A DNA stretch of 63,809 nucleotides, counting the filler, from Microthyrium microscopicum (taxonomy: Eukaryota), in assembly GCA_010405405.1 (NCBI GenBank). It is 8 parts of 5 records of this genome, joined end to end, with 100 filler letters (N's around TTAATTAATTAA, not from the genome) between each part and the next. Parts side by side here need not be neighbours in the genome. Positions count along the whole stretch, not along the records: positions 1 to 10,001 come from MU004245.1; positions 10,102 to 22,276 come from MU004245.1; 6 more parts are not named here. One strand, given 5' to 3'. The notes under the pieces were generated by a model that was not told where the DNA came from, made no database searches, and saw nothing but the letters and a program-made list of their open reading frames with translations. Within the stretch, counting starts at the first letter, position 1; each line of letters starts with the position of its first letter. The translations under genes were made by a program, and so were the position numbers. Below, in pieces: positions 1 through 13,708 of the stretch.

Positions 1-249
1 TTAATACTAAGATATTAATTCTAAAATAACTAGTTACTATAAAAATATATTATAAAATTAGAAATAAAAGTAAGAATTATAACTATATTAATTTAATATA
101 CTTCCTTATAGCTATAGCTATACTTTAGCTAAATATTTAATATATAGTAAAATAGATTAAAAGTATAAAAGAATTAGACTAATAAGTCTTTACTACTATA
201 ATACTTATATATTTAAAACTATTTAATCTAAAGCTTATAAACTCCTAAG

Positions 250-3200
250 CTATTTATTTTCTAAGGACCTCTTTTTTACTTATACTAAAATTATTAATAA
301 CTATCTTATTAATATAAACGTTTTTTAGTATTACTAGCTTAATTATCTATAGGCTACTTATTACCTAGAAGAAATCTACTAGCTAGTATAAACTTAGCTA
401 CTATTAGATTTATTAAGTTACCTAGGCTACTTATATTTTATAAGAGTAGTAGATATTACTACTATTATAATAGTAGTTAACTACCTTAACTACTACCTTA
501 CTATTAGTTTCCTTTATAATTATTTAGTTAGAAGTTTCTATACTATTTACTACTTTATTAGTTTTTATATCTACTTTAGCTTCTACTACTATAAGAAATA
601 TCTAAGCCTTTATAATTCTATTTTATTTAATCTAAGTATAGTATACTACTATCTTATATAGTACTATAAATATTTATAAGAGCTATAGGTCTAGTACTTA
701 GTACTTATAGTAGCTTAGCTAGAAGTCTTATTAGTATCTATAATCTAAGTATAGCTAAAGGTATAGTAAAAGAATTAAGTAGCTTAGAGCTACTAAATAG
801 AGTACTAAATAGATTTACTACTATAACTAATACCTAAGCTAGAGTACTAAAAGGATTAGGTACTATAGTTAGTATTTATATAGAAGCTAAAGTAAATACT
901 TAAGTAAGTATCTAAGTAATAAATACTATAGGTTAAATAGCTAAAAGACCTAGCTAGAGTTAAATATTAGTAGTAGAGGTAGACGTTATAGCTAGAAGTA
1001 CTAACTAAGTAATTTTAGTAATTTTCTAAATTTTAATAACTAGACGTTATAAAGTTTCTTTAGTAGTAGTCTTAATAACTTTTAGCTTTATAAAAGTACT
1101 ACTTATCTTCTTATTAGCTATGCTTAGCTTTATACTACTTTACTTACTTTTAAGGTTCTTAGTATTATTAATAGCTTTTTTCTTCTAAACTTTAAAGCTA
1201 GCTTAGAGTTCTTATATCTTTTACTTATACTTAACTTTAACTTTCTTTTTAGCTTTTCTAACTTATATAATTATAGTTTACTTAATAATACCTTTAATAA
1301 TATTATTAGTATTAATAAATATATAAATATCCTTAAGTATTAAAGTAGCTAAGTCTAAAAGTAATATACTACTAGATAGCTTACTAACTTTAAAGCTTTT
1401 AGCTTTAGTAAGTTTAGAATTAGTAATAAGTACTATAGTACCTAATTAAGATTTTAAAGCTTTTAGCTCTACTATATAACTAGCTTTAATATCTTTAATT
1501 ATCTTTTTATTTTTAACTTTATACTTTTATAGTTTAGTATTTAAGGTAATCTTTATTTTTTCTATCTAAATCTTAAGTTTCTCTTTAGCTTAGCTTTTAA
1601 GAAATTTATAGTATTTCTCTAATTTAGCTTTACGTTTAACTATTTACTACTTAAGCTTTTCTTTACTAAGTATAAGCTATCTATTTCTAATATTAGCTAG
1701 TAAATCTTAACTATTTAAAGCTATAATAGTACTAGTATAAGTAGTTTTAAGCTTCTACTAAGTAGTAGCTAATTAAGTATAAAGAGCGTTAAGTTTTCTA
1801 GATAATTAGCTATTTTATATAGAAATATTAACTTATTATAATTAAGTAATCTTAGTAGTAGTTAATTTAAGCTATTACTATAATTTAGATTATAATAAGT
1901 TAGTATATTATTTTAAGCTTTAATTTATAGTAAGAAAACTTATAATTTAATCCTTAAAAGCCTAAATATAACTTTAAACTTCTTAGCTCTTAGCTTAAAG
2001 AGTAATATATTATTATTACTCTTTCTTAACCTTAGACTTTATAGCTATAATTTATACTTTATAAGAAATAATATTAATATTAGACGTATTATTATCTTTA
2101 TTAATCTAACCTTTTTCTAAATTCTTAGTAGTAAAGGCTTAATTATATTTAGCTTATATAGTTTAAAATTATTATTTAGTAGAAGAAACTTCTTTAGTAA
2201 GCTCTAACTTTACTTTTTAAAGCTTCTTAATTTAAGTTTATAAGTTAGTAATAATACTTCCTTATTCTTAAGCCTTATTCTTAGATTACTCTATAAGCTT
2301 ATTTCTTTACTCTTAAAATTATATATTAAGCGTCTTAGTATTCTCTTAGATTTTAGTATCTACGTTATTAGTAATAGACTAAAGTACTTCTTTCTTATTT
2401 ATAATAGTATTATACTTAGTCTTAAGCTCTTTAATATAAGTCTTAAGTACTTTAAGCTTTTAAGAATTAATATAGTTATACTTTTAAAGAATATTCTAAA
2501 TTTACTTTTAGGAATAGTTATAATCCTTTTATAAGAGCTTAATTTCTTTATCTTTATTCTCTATTTTATTCTTAAGTTTATTAACATAAGCCTAAAGAGG
2601 CTTAAATTAAGTACTTAGTATTTTAACTTCTATAATCTTCTTAGTAAGCTAAGCTTAAGCTTAATAAGCTTTAATATAAAGTAAAGTATTACTCTCTTAG
2701 AAGAAGTTAAGTTAGTTAATAGACTTTATAAGCTTAGTATAACTTATAGTAGTTTATTTTTAGTCTATATAAGATTAATATTTATAGTTTAGTTTCTTAT
2801 AAGCTTTATTAAGTTAGCTTTTAATAAGCTTATACTTTTACTTATAGCACTTATATTCTTAAAATAATAATTTAAGTTAAACTTTAATAATCTCTTTTTT
2901 ATTCTTAAGCTAAGTAATAATCTTATTATAATTATTATTATTAAATACTAGTATGCTCTATTAGTCTATAGAAGATCTAAGAATTAGTTTTACTTACTTA
3001 AAAGTAGTAATTTAAGTACTAACTACTTCTAGTTAAGTATAAAGATAAGCGTTTTAAAAGTTAATATTCTTATAATAAGTATAAAGTTTAGTAAGTTCTT
3101 ACTTATAGTAAGCCTAAGTCTTAGACTAACTCTTCTTATTTTAATTAAGAGTAACTTTTAAAGCTTCTATATTAGCCTTAAAACTAGTAACTTAAGTCTT

Positions 3201-4700
3201 AAGCTTATTAAACTTAGAATATATAGATTATAAAAGTTTTATAGCCTCTATATACTTAACTAGCTTATCTTTATAGCTTTACTACGTATATTAAGTAATA
3301 TCTACTTATACTTTAAAATCTTATTAATAAAGCTTAGACGTCTCTAAGAATTATTTACTTTTATCTTAAAGGTAAATAATTTCTAATTTAAGAATAAATT
3401 TCTATTTACTAAAATTTATTATAGTTTATTCTTATACTTTATAAAGTTATAATAATTTATTACTTATTATTAAAAACTTAAATAAAATTTCCTTAATATA
3501 CTTCTTAAGATTCTAAATCTTACTATTCTTTTTAGTAACTATATAATCTATTTCTTTTTTAAATTAATTATATATTTTTATAAGGCTCTTAAGCTCTTCT
3601 TCTATAGCTTAAGTAATATTTTTAAATTACTTAATATACTTACTTACTTATTAAACTTTTCTAGTTTTAAGCTTTAGATCTTATTTAAGATTTAAAACTT
3701 ATATAGTAAATTCTTATTTAATAGTAAGTTAGTTTTCTTAATCTTTAGTACTATTATTTATAGCTTAGCCTAAAGTAGGTTAAGGTTAAAGTACTTATAC
3801 TTTCTTTTTAACTACTTATAATTTAATCTTTATTTTATCTACCTAATTCTATAAACTATTATATTAGGTTTTAAGTATAACTAGCTTTTTATAAGTATTT
3901 TATAGACTAGAAAGTAAGTTATTAATATAAGTATAGCTCTATTCTTAATTATATTTATACTATATTATTACTTTCTTATTATCTTTAGTTTTATTATTTA
4001 ATTTTTATTTAGTAAATTAAAGTTCTAACTCTAAAGTATTAATATAGCTTTATAGACGTTAGTAAGTTTCTAAATTAGCTAATTTATACTTATTTTATAA
4101 ATTCTAAAAATCTAAGACTATTTTATTAAGATAACTTTACTCTTCTAAAAGTTAATAGTTATCTTTTTTAATATAATTTTTAATTTTCTTTTAGAGTTTT
4201 TACTTAGCCTTAAGATTAGTATTCTTATTATAAAGACTATTAGTAGTAAATTAAGCTTCTATTAACTTCTCTATAACTTATTATATTCTTAAATCCTATT
4301 TAGTAGTAACCTTAGCTAAAAAAGTAGAATACTTTTATAATTCTTTATTTTTAGATCTAAGTATAGCTATATTAGATTATAGAAGCTTATATTACTCTTA
4401 TACTAGAGTAAGTTAACTAAAAGATTTAGTAATTTTTCTTTAAAGATTATTCTTTTTTATACTAGTTTAACTAAGTTATTCTTTAAGTATAGTATATTTA
4501 GTAGATACTTCTTAGTAATAGTTATTATATTAGGACTATATCTCTTTAAGTAATTAGTTATAATTCTCTAAGTCCTTAGCTATAGAGGTTAAATTACTTA
4601 ATTAAGGAGCTATTATAAGTTATTAACTTATACTATAAAAAGATACGCTAAGGCTACTACTATTAATAGACTTACTAAATATAATAAATAAATCTATATT
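250..4700 (-). pseudogene. RIP-degenerate long coiled-coil protein gene with S/T/P-rich C-terminus (boundaries approximate)
   Basis: De-RIPed minus-strand translation gives heptad-like E/K/Q/L-rich text. At ~3540-3850: LQNQVDKMKIELQAVEEKVQ...EFAMQVLNLEQDLELE...AMEEELESL. At ~1500-1660: KRKLEQQMVERKAKLEKY.EFLESQAEEKLKIQMEKMK. S/T/P-rich at ~800-1020. No catalytic motif recognised. Confidence 0.55.
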
Positions 4701-5390
4701 AGTAAAAAGTTAGCTATAATATATAAGTATTTATTAAAATATATCTTACTCTTAAATATAGCTTTTACTCTAAATAATAAGAAATTTAACTTTATTCTTA
4801 TACTATTATATACGTTCTTATAGTTCTTTAAGCTCTTTAATATTTTTACCTTACTATTCTTTCTTAGCCTTAGCTTCTACGCCTTTTATTTATTTACTAA
4901 GTTACTAAGTAAGATTACTAAGCTTAAGGTTTTAGATTTAGATTTCTTTAGGTTTTACTTAAATAATATAAAGATTTAGGTATAGCTAAAGGAAAATAAT
5001 AATAGTAAAGAGTATTAAGCAATAATATAAGATATAATCTAAAGAAACGTTCTATTAAATTATATATAAGAATAACTAGATTTAATACTAGTATTCTTTT
5101 AGAACTAACTTATTTAGCTATTAGTTCTTTATAGTCTTTATTATCTAATTAAAGATCTTTGTAATCTAATTAAAGATCTTTATTAGATCTTTATAGATTA
5201 CTAATAAAGGCTAAGATAATCTTTATTTCCTTAAGTATATTTAACGTCCTAGAATTCTTCCTAATTCTAGAGGCTTTAGAGATTCTATATACAATTATTT
5301 AGTATATAATATAATATGCTAGTTAATACTAGTCTAATTATATCCTTTCTATACCTTTATAATAGTAATACTTATATTTCTATTTTTATA

Positions 5391-5402
5391 GGTTATAAGC
5401 TT
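5391..5402 (+). promoter_or_regulatory. Primer-binding site of the copia element (RIPed GGTTATGAGCCC type)
   Basis: GGTTATAAGCTT differs from the fungal copia PBS GGTTATGAGCCC only by G>A and C>T changes, and lies ~250 bp before gag. Confidence 0.7.
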
Positions 5403-5647
5403 AGAATAAAGCTAAAAAGTATTTAATTAAAACTAACCTCTTTAAGAATAAAGAAACGACGCTAGTAAGTATTTAGCTAATAAGACGCTTCAAACGCTAT
5501 ATTCCTATATATACATTCTAACTACACTCTATTACTTCTATATAAGAATAAGTAAATTTAACTAATATTACTTAATAATATCTTTACTAAAAATAGATAT
5601 TTTAGCTTTAAATTTTTAGTACTATTAGATCTAACTAATATAAAGCT

Positions 5648-8600
5648 ATAGATCTCTACAAAATTACGAAATTACGTAGTTCTAATAACTACAATATATA
5701 GAAGCTATAAATGTATATCGTTCTAGTAAATAAAGAGATAGATAAGGCTATTAAAGATAATATAGTTATTTAGGCTAAAATGAATACTAAAGTACTATCC
5801 TATATTAGGCTAGCCCTAGAAAATAAACCCTTACTATAAGTTAGTAAATACAATATAGCTCTAGAGACCTAGATAGCCCTTAGTAATTTATATAGTTCTA
5901 AAGGTTTCTCTAGTAAATTCTTTATTTATAAGAAGTTCTTTAATACTAGCCTAACCTAATTTAACTCTATAAAAGAGTTTCTAAATTAAATTAAATTATT
6001 ATTTAATTAACTTATTTTAAAAGATATAGAATTACTAAAATAGGTCGTAGCTACCTAGTTACTTAATAGGCTAATACTAAGCTATAATGCTTTCATTAGT
6101 ATTATTATACAATCTTACTACGATAAGACGCTAGAGATAAATCTAGAAGTTCTTTTTACTAATTTACTAGACAAATCTAGAAAATAAGAACATTTAGAAA
6201 AGAAAATAGTACTCTATAGTAATTATAGATCTAATAATAGATCTAATAACTAATATAGCGCTAGACGTAATAATTAACCTAATTCTAGTAAATAGTACTA
6301 CTACTATAAAAAGATAGGCTATTACTTAGTAAGTTATTAGTTCTATTATAAAGGTAAAATAGACAAACAAGAATCTAGATCTAGATCTAATAATAATCTA
6401 AATACAGCTAGACATTTTCTAGGAACTAGAGAGTTATTTAAACGTTAAGAACGAGCTAATGTTGCTATTAATTATAGTAAGCTTAGAATTAAATTAATAA
6501 CTTAAAAAACGCTAAATAACGGTAAGATTTTAAAGGATTCTAGTAAGAAATCTAAATCTACTAAGCTCGTTCGAGCTAGAATAGAAGATTAGGTACTAGT
6601 TACTACTAGTTCTAACCTAGATTTACTAATAGAGCTAGACTTTAATCTAGATCTAGATAATAAAAGCACTAAAAGTAAAGAATCTAATACTATTTAGCCT
6701 AAGATACTAGGTACTTACGTTAAAAATATTATAGATTACTTAGACACTAAGGAATAAGCGTATATATTATTACCTTCTACTATAAGTAAACTTACTAATT
6801 TTATATTAGATTTAGAGGCTAGTTCTTATTTAATAGTAGATAAGATATAGTTTTATTATTTTAAACTATATAATATTCCTATTAATTAAGGCAAGGCAGG
6901 TACTATTATAGCTACTAGAATTAGAGATATAGTAGTTAGACTTAGTAGAATATTATTTAAATTAAAAGACTATTTATATTATCTTAATCTAAGCGTTAAT
7001 TTAATTTCTATAAGTAAGTTATCTTCTAATTTTACTATAGAATTTAAAGATAATATAGCTCTAATTTATAAAGATAAAAAGCTTATTATAATAGCTCTTA
7101 AAGTTAATAACTTATACCTACTTAAATTAGATATAGAGAACTATTTTATTTCTAGAATAGCTACTTCTATTATAAGTAATAATAATAAAAAGAAAGCTAA
7201 AAAGCTAGTAATACTATCTACCTTAGTATAGCATAAAAGGCTAGGACACGCTTCTAGTAGAAAATTACATCTATTATATAAAGCTAAATTAATAGCTATT
7301 ATAAATCTAGGTAAATTTAATTCTAGTAAATATAATATATATATTAAAAGTAAAATAACTAATTATAAAAATAAAAATATAATAAAGAAACTAAAATACT
7401 TCTTAGATAAGATAGTAGCTAATTTATATAGCCCTATAAATCTAACTACTTTTAATAGTTTTCGTTATATTCTACTAGCTATAGACGTTACTACTAAATA
7501 TCTAGAAATACGTCTACTACGTACTAAGGATGAAACATATCCTAATATAGTAGAAATAAAACGTTTAGTTAAAAACGAATACTATTATAATAATAGTAAT
7601 AATAAAAGAAGATTAATTGCTTTTAAATCTAATAAAGGTTAAGAATTTAAAAATAGAAAGCTTAATAACTTTCTAAAAAAAGAAGACGTTAGACAAGAAT
7701 ATAGTACTCCTTATATATACGAACAAAATAGTATAATAGAAATTTATAACTATATAATTATTACTAAAATAAATATAATATTAAAAGAGAGTAAACTACC
7801 TAAAACCTTTTAGGAAGAAGCTACTCTAACAGCTGTTTATATTTATAATAGAACGCTAAATAGTAGCCTAGATAATAAGACACCCTACGAGTATAAATAT
7901 AATATAAAACTAAAATTAGATTAATTAAAAATCTTTAGATCTATAGTTTTATATAAAGATAAAAGTATAGATTTAAAAAAGCTAGATTCTAAGGCGAAAC
8001 CTAGAATTCTAGTTAGCCTAGGCACTAATATATTTAAAATCTATAATATTAAATCTAAATCTACTTAATAGGTTAGAGATTTAGTTATATTTAAAAATAA
8101 ATACTATAAATAAGAACTTTACGATATAGAAAACTATAAAAAGAAGGAGCTAATAGATTTTATTATAAAGAATAAAGTAGTAGAAAATAATATTAATTAA
8201 ATTAACGTTATTAAAATAGATAACTTAGAAAATTAAGTTAAAACAGCTAGCATTATAATTAATAAACCTATTATTAATAATAATACAACCCTAGATTTAG
8301 CTAATTTAGAAGAAGATAACGTATTTATTATAATAGAAAGTAATCTACTAAATAAAGAACCTAAAATATATAATTAAGCTATTAAAAGCTTAGATAAAAA
8401 TAAATAGTTAGAAGCTATAAAAGCTAAAGTAGACGAATTAGAACTATAAAAGACCTAGAATTTAGTAGATAATTCTATAGATTTAAAGGTTCTTAGAGGC
8501 TGCTAGGTGTATAAAATTAAAATAGACGCCCTTAATAATTTAGTTAAATATAAAGCTAGATAGGTAGTAAAAGGATTTATATAAGAACTAGGTTTAGATT

Positions 8601-9913
8601 ACAACGAAACCTATATATCTACGTATAGAGTAAAAGCTTATAGAATATTATTTTCTATAAGTAATTTACTAGATCTAGAAATATAGTAATAGGATATTAA
8701 AAACGCATTTATTCATACTAAAATAGATAAAGATATTTATTTAGAACAACTAATTAGATTTATAATAGAAAATACTAAAAATAAAGTATATAAGCTAAAT
8801 AAAGCACTATATAGCTTAAAATAGTCTCCTAGACTATAGCTTAATTATCTAACTATGGTATTAAATAAGTATAGATTTAAAATAATCTTACTATACTTAT
8901 ATAAGAATATAGAGTCTAATATTATAATTCTTATTTACGTAGACAACATATTAGTATTTAGCCTAAGTTTAAAAGATATTAATAATCTTTATACTAAATT
9001 ACGTTTAAACCTAAAAGTAACTAATTTAGGTAATATAAATATATTCTTAGGAATTTAAATTAAAAAAGATAGATCTAGAAGAATACTAGAATTAAGCTAA
9101 GAAAAATATTTAAATAATATTATTAAACGATTTAATAAAGAGGATTTAAAGCTCTATTCTATATCTATAGAACTAGGTATTAAAAGTAGAAAAAACAACA
9201 ATAAAAATATTAATTTAATTAATTTAAAACTATACTAGCAATAGGTAGGAGCACTAATTTATTTAACTACTAAAATAAGGCTAGATATAGCATATTCTAT
9301 TAGTTTCTACGCTAAATTTATAGCTAATCCCTTAGAAGAACACTTTAAATTATTAGATAAAGTATAAAAATATCTAAATTACACTAAAGATTATAAACTA
9401 GTTTATATAGCTAGTAACTAATATAAAATAACTTAATCTAACATAGAACTAATAGGATTCTTAGACTTAAATTAGAGAGGTAATTTAGATTCTAGACAAT
9501 CTACTACTAGTTACATATTTAAATTAGGAAATAACGTAATTAATTAGTCTAGTAAACTATAGAAATTCATAGCATTATCTAGCTACGAAGTAGAATATAT
9601 TGCTTTAAAAGAAATAGTTAAAGAACTAATATTTCTAAAAGAATTACTTAATAAAATTAACGTAATTAAATATAAATCTATTAATATATTTATAGATAGT
9701 AAATCTGCTATAGAACTAGCTAATAATCCAAAACACTACGCTAGATCTAAATATATAGATATATAATATTACTTTGTAAAAAAAAACGTATAAAATAAAA
9801 TAGTAGTATTAAACTATATTAATACTAAGAACTAGCTAGTAGATATATTTACTAAAGGATTAAATTCTATTATATTTAATTACCTAGCACCTAATCTAGG
9901 AGTTAAAAGATAA
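5648..9913 (+). pseudogene. copia gag-pol polyprotein relic
   Basis: De-RIPed motifs: KLRGSDNYNIW (5669); CCHC knuckle C..C..MGH....C (~6295); FILDSGASSH (~6800); WHKRLGH (~7230); DLCGP, KSDKG.EF and EQNG..E (integrase); KYKARWVVKGF, DIKNAF, ALYGLKQSPR.W and YVD(D) (RT; supplied ORF 8855-9058 reads YVDN); GFSDSDWGG..DSRQSTTGY, SS.EAEY, RSKHIDI and ADMFTKGL (RNase H). Start, RT and stop share one frame. Confidence 0.95.
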
Positions 9914-10809
9914 ATAAATAAAATAGCTAAAAAGCTAGAAATAATAAAGAAAGTAAGAAATCTACTTACTAAATTAACTTATTAGAAAAGTTAAAATATA
10001 ANNNNNNNNNNNNNNNNNNNNNNNNNNNNNNNNNNNNNNNNNNNNTTAATTAATTAANNNNNNNNNNNNNNNNNNNNNNNNNNNNNNNNNNNNNNNNNNN
10101 NTATTATTAGTAAGTTCTATAAGAACTATTATTAAAGCTATAATATTTTATATAATAGTAAAGAAACTATTTACTAAGGTTTATAGAGTATACTTACGTT
10201 ATTTATATACCTTAATCTAAGCCTTCTAACTACTATTATTAAATATTAAATAGGTATAGGAGATTTAATATAGCCTATATACTTACTAAGAAAAGAGTAT
10301 CTAAGATTTAAAAAGTATTAGATAAATATCTTATATAATAAATAATATTTAAATTAAGATATAAGTAAGCTAAAAGATATAGAATTATAAAATAAGATAA
10401 ACTATTAATTTAGAATAGATAGAATTTAATAGAAGTAGATATAAAAGTCCTAAGTAAGATAAGTAAATCTAATATTTAATAAGGTAAATATATAGAGATT
10501 TATAAATTAGCTTAACTTACTACTATAGCTTATAATATAAATATTATAAGTATAACTAAATAATTAATATCTAGATTAGATTAGTATTTAATTTAATAGT
10601 AAGCCTAAAGGAATACGCTACTCTTAATAATATTACCTACTATGTCTAACTTATAATGTATTACTACTAACCTATACTACTTTAAGAACTTCTAAACTTC
10701 TAAACTTCTATTTTAGTAGTAGAAATTATCTTTATTTATAATAGGGTTACTAATATTTAGTAAGGCAGCGCCTTTATATAATACTATAGCTTGCTTAGAA
10801 GGGTCTAGT

Positions 10810-11590
10810 AGGCTATTTATAGGTTTTAGTATAGTTATAAGGTTATATTTTAAATAAAGATATTAGTTTATAAAGAAGCTTACTAAATTTAGTAAGGGAA
10901 TATTCTTTATAAGGACTACTTACTTATAATATCTCTCCTAAAGTAAGCTATATATAGATTTTAGTATAGTTATAGGTATATATTATAAGTAAAGATATTA
11001 ATTTATAGGGAAGCTTACTAAATTTAGTATAGGAATATTCTTTAGAAGAACTATACTTATAATATCTTCCCTTAGGTAGGCTATACGTAGATTTTAGTAT
11101 AGTTATAAAGATATATTATAGGTAAAGATATTAATTTATAAAGAAGCTTACTAAATTTAGTAAGGAAATATTCTCTAAGCTATATATAGATTTTAGTATA
11201 GTTATAAAGATATATTATAAGTAAAGATATTAGTTTATAAGGAAGCTTACTAAGTAAAGGAATATTCTTTAAGCTATATATAGATTTTAGTATAATTATA
11301 GAGACGTATTATAAGTAAAGATATTAGTTTATAAGAAAGCTTACTAAGTAAGAGAATATTCTTTAAGCTATATATAGATTTTAGTATAGTTATAGAGACG
11401 TATTATAGGCAAAGATATTAGTTTATAAGAAAGCTTACTAAGTAAGGAAATATTCTTTAAGCTATATATAGATTTTAGTATAGTTATAAGAATATATTAT
11501 AGGCAAAGATATTAGTTCGTAGGAAAGCTTACTAAATTTAGTAAGAGAATATTCTTTAAGAAGACTATACTTATAATATCTCTCCTAAAA
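10810..11590. repeat. Tandem repeat array, ~7 units of 94-136 bp
   Basis: GCTATATATAGATTTTAGTATAGTTATA.. recurs at ~10812, 10948, 11081, 11179, 11273, 11367 and 11461. Confidence 0.9.
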
Positions 11591-13027
11591 TAGCTTTAAT
11601 AAATAAAATAATACTATACAAGGGTTTTAATTAAGGTAAATACTATAGGGCTCCTTCCTTAAAAGGATAAAAGTATAGTTAGGAATTTATAACTATAGTA
11701 AAGTTTAGTAAAGCTTAGTAGTAGTAGTTCCTTACTAAATTACCTTATAGGTAAGCCTTAGCTATAATATCCCTTTAGTAGTATTATTCCTTTCGTATAT
11801 ATTATTCCTTTAGGTTAGGTATTATATCTTAGTAGTAAGAAGGACGTAATCCCTTACTAAATAATATTATTCTAGTACGTTGTCTTTTTTACTTATAACT
11901 ACCTTACTAACTTCTAATAAGTCTAAGTTACTAAAGACTTCTATCCCTTTAGTAGCAACGTCTTCTAATACTCCTCTACTACTAATTTATATCTCTAAAA
12001 GTAACATTTAGCTTTTAATATAATTACGCAAGCTTTAAGACGTTAATATAGAGTATTTTAGACTTCTCTATATATATTATATAAGGTAAAGTTACGTTTT
12101 AGTAAGTCTATATTCCTTAGCTTATATACTAAACTATTATATATACTATTTAGCTTACTAATTAGTAGAACTACTAATACTAAATATATAAGTATTTCTT
12201 ATAGATACTAATTATCTTATAAAACGTATCTATACTTAAATATCTAAAAGGCTAGCCTACTATTATAAAATACTATACTATAAAGAATATAAAAAAAGTA
12301 AGAAAATAGTATAAGATTAGCGCTAGGATAGTTAGTACTACTATATAATAATCTTATAAAGCTAAATTATATATAAGTTCGTCTTTCCTTATTAAATTAA
12401 GTATAACTAATATAATTAGGTAATAGAATTATAGTAGAGAAGGTTTAGTAAAGTAAGATTTTTTAGTATTAAAGGAAAGTAGAACTATAACTCTAATCTA
12501 GCTATTATATCTAAGTAGCATTAAGCTAGTTTATATAGTAAGTAGTATATATACCTAAGTCTTCTTAAGCTACTTTATAGCTATATTAAGAGCTAAGTAA
12601 GTAAGGAAATAATACTTTTTTAGCTCTTTTATAGAAGAAGGAAAAATTAATTAGCTAATTTAGCTAAATAATTATTATTTTATATAACCTAAAATCGTAT
12701 AGAATTTATAGTAATTATTTAAGCTTATACTACATAGTAGTTTTATATCTATATAGTCTTATTATACTAAATCTTAATAATCTAGTAGTAAGTATTACTT
12801 TAAGAATAACGTTCTACTACTATAAAATAAGTCTTTTTAGTTAAAAGGCTCTCTCTATTTCTTAATTCTATATTTTCTAGTATAGTATACTTCTATAGCT
12901 ATCTAATTTAAATATAAAGCCTACTATGCTATTTCTTCCTTAGGACTATTTAAGAGAATACGTATAGTAAAATACCTTATAGTAAAATACTTAGTATTTT
13001 CCTTATAATGCGCGCTCTATAAATAAC

Positions 13028-13235
13028 TTATTAAAATACGTTAAGGTATCTACCCTTTAATAAGGAGATACCTTATATAAGAGATTAAGATATTATTTAT
13101 TAGAATATATTAAGGTATCTACCCTTTATAAAGAGATACCTTATATAAGAGATTAAGATATTATTTATTAGAATACGTTAAAGTATCTACCTTTTATAAA
13201 GAGATGCCTTATATAAGGAATTAAGATATTATTTT
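13028..13235. repeat. 3 x ~69-bp tandem repeat (also at ~45664-45870)
   Basis: TTATTAGAATACGTTAAGGTATCTACCC...GAGATTAAGATATTATT repeated three times in both copies of the host repeat. Confidence 0.85.
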
Positions 13236-13614
13236 ACTTATTATATATATTTATTTTAGTAAAATAAAAAGAATAACTTATAGTTACTTTTTAAAGTACT
13301 ATTTAATAATTACTTAGCTTTAAGGTAGCTAAAACTAGTAGAGATTACTAGTCTAACCTATCTTTATAACCTAGTCTAGTTTTCTAAATATATAAGTATT
13401 AACTAGCTAGGATAGCTATAAAGCTTTTTTATTACTAAGTAGTATTATTTAATACTATGTATTACTTAAGTAAGTAGAGCTTTCTATAATAAAGCTTATT
13501 AAGTAGTATATTTATACTAATACTTAGTAAAATTACTATAAAGGCATCTTAGTAAATCTTAATTAATATTAAGACCCTTTTAAGGCAATAATATTATAAT
13601 AATCTTTATAAATA

Positions 13615-13708
13615 GGGGGAGTAGTACAGTGGTAGTACTTGTAATCTTGTAGTAGGCCCTACCTGTTTGAGAATCCGCAGAGTACGGGTTTAATTCCCGT
13701 CTCCTCCA
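13615..13708 (+). tRNA. tRNA-Ala-like head (pseudo-tRNA, probable intron retained)
   Basis: Acceptor GGGGGAG/CTCCTCC-A with G3.U70 and A73. D arm GTAC-AGTGGTA-GTAC (A box). T arm ACGGG-TTTAATT-CCCGT (RIPed TTCGATT B box). Anticodon region CT-TGT-A (TGC-A before CpA>TpA) followed by ~21 extra nt. The 5' anticodon stem is damaged. Confidence 0.65.

Larger units (their letters stand above)
5013..10001 (+). mobile_element. Ty1/copia LTR retrotransposon, RIP-inactivated; 3' LTR lost in gap, 5' LTR start uncertain
   Basis: PBS-like GGTTATAAGCTT at 5391-5402 directly after ..TA (RIPed CA LTR end). Followed by copia domain order gag-PR-IN-RT-RH. The 5013 start (TATTAAGC, possibly TGTTGAGC) is a guess. 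Confidence 0.9.

Noticed and set aside
8855..9058. Supplied 67-aa ORF as an independent gene
   Set aside because: It is a stop-free stretch of the copia RT (YVDN = RIPed YVDD).
10046..10057. Palindromic TTAATTAATTAA inside N runs (also 22321, 44874, 47147, 56270, 58160, 61817)
   Set aside because: An identical 12-mer centred in 100-bp gaps with stops in all six frames is an assembly linker, not biology. It also means adjacency across these gaps is unproven.
13615..13708. Functional tRNA-Thr(TGT) gene
   Set aside because: Broken anticodon stem, mutated B box, Ala identity elements, and it is the 5' end of a TSD-flanked insertion.
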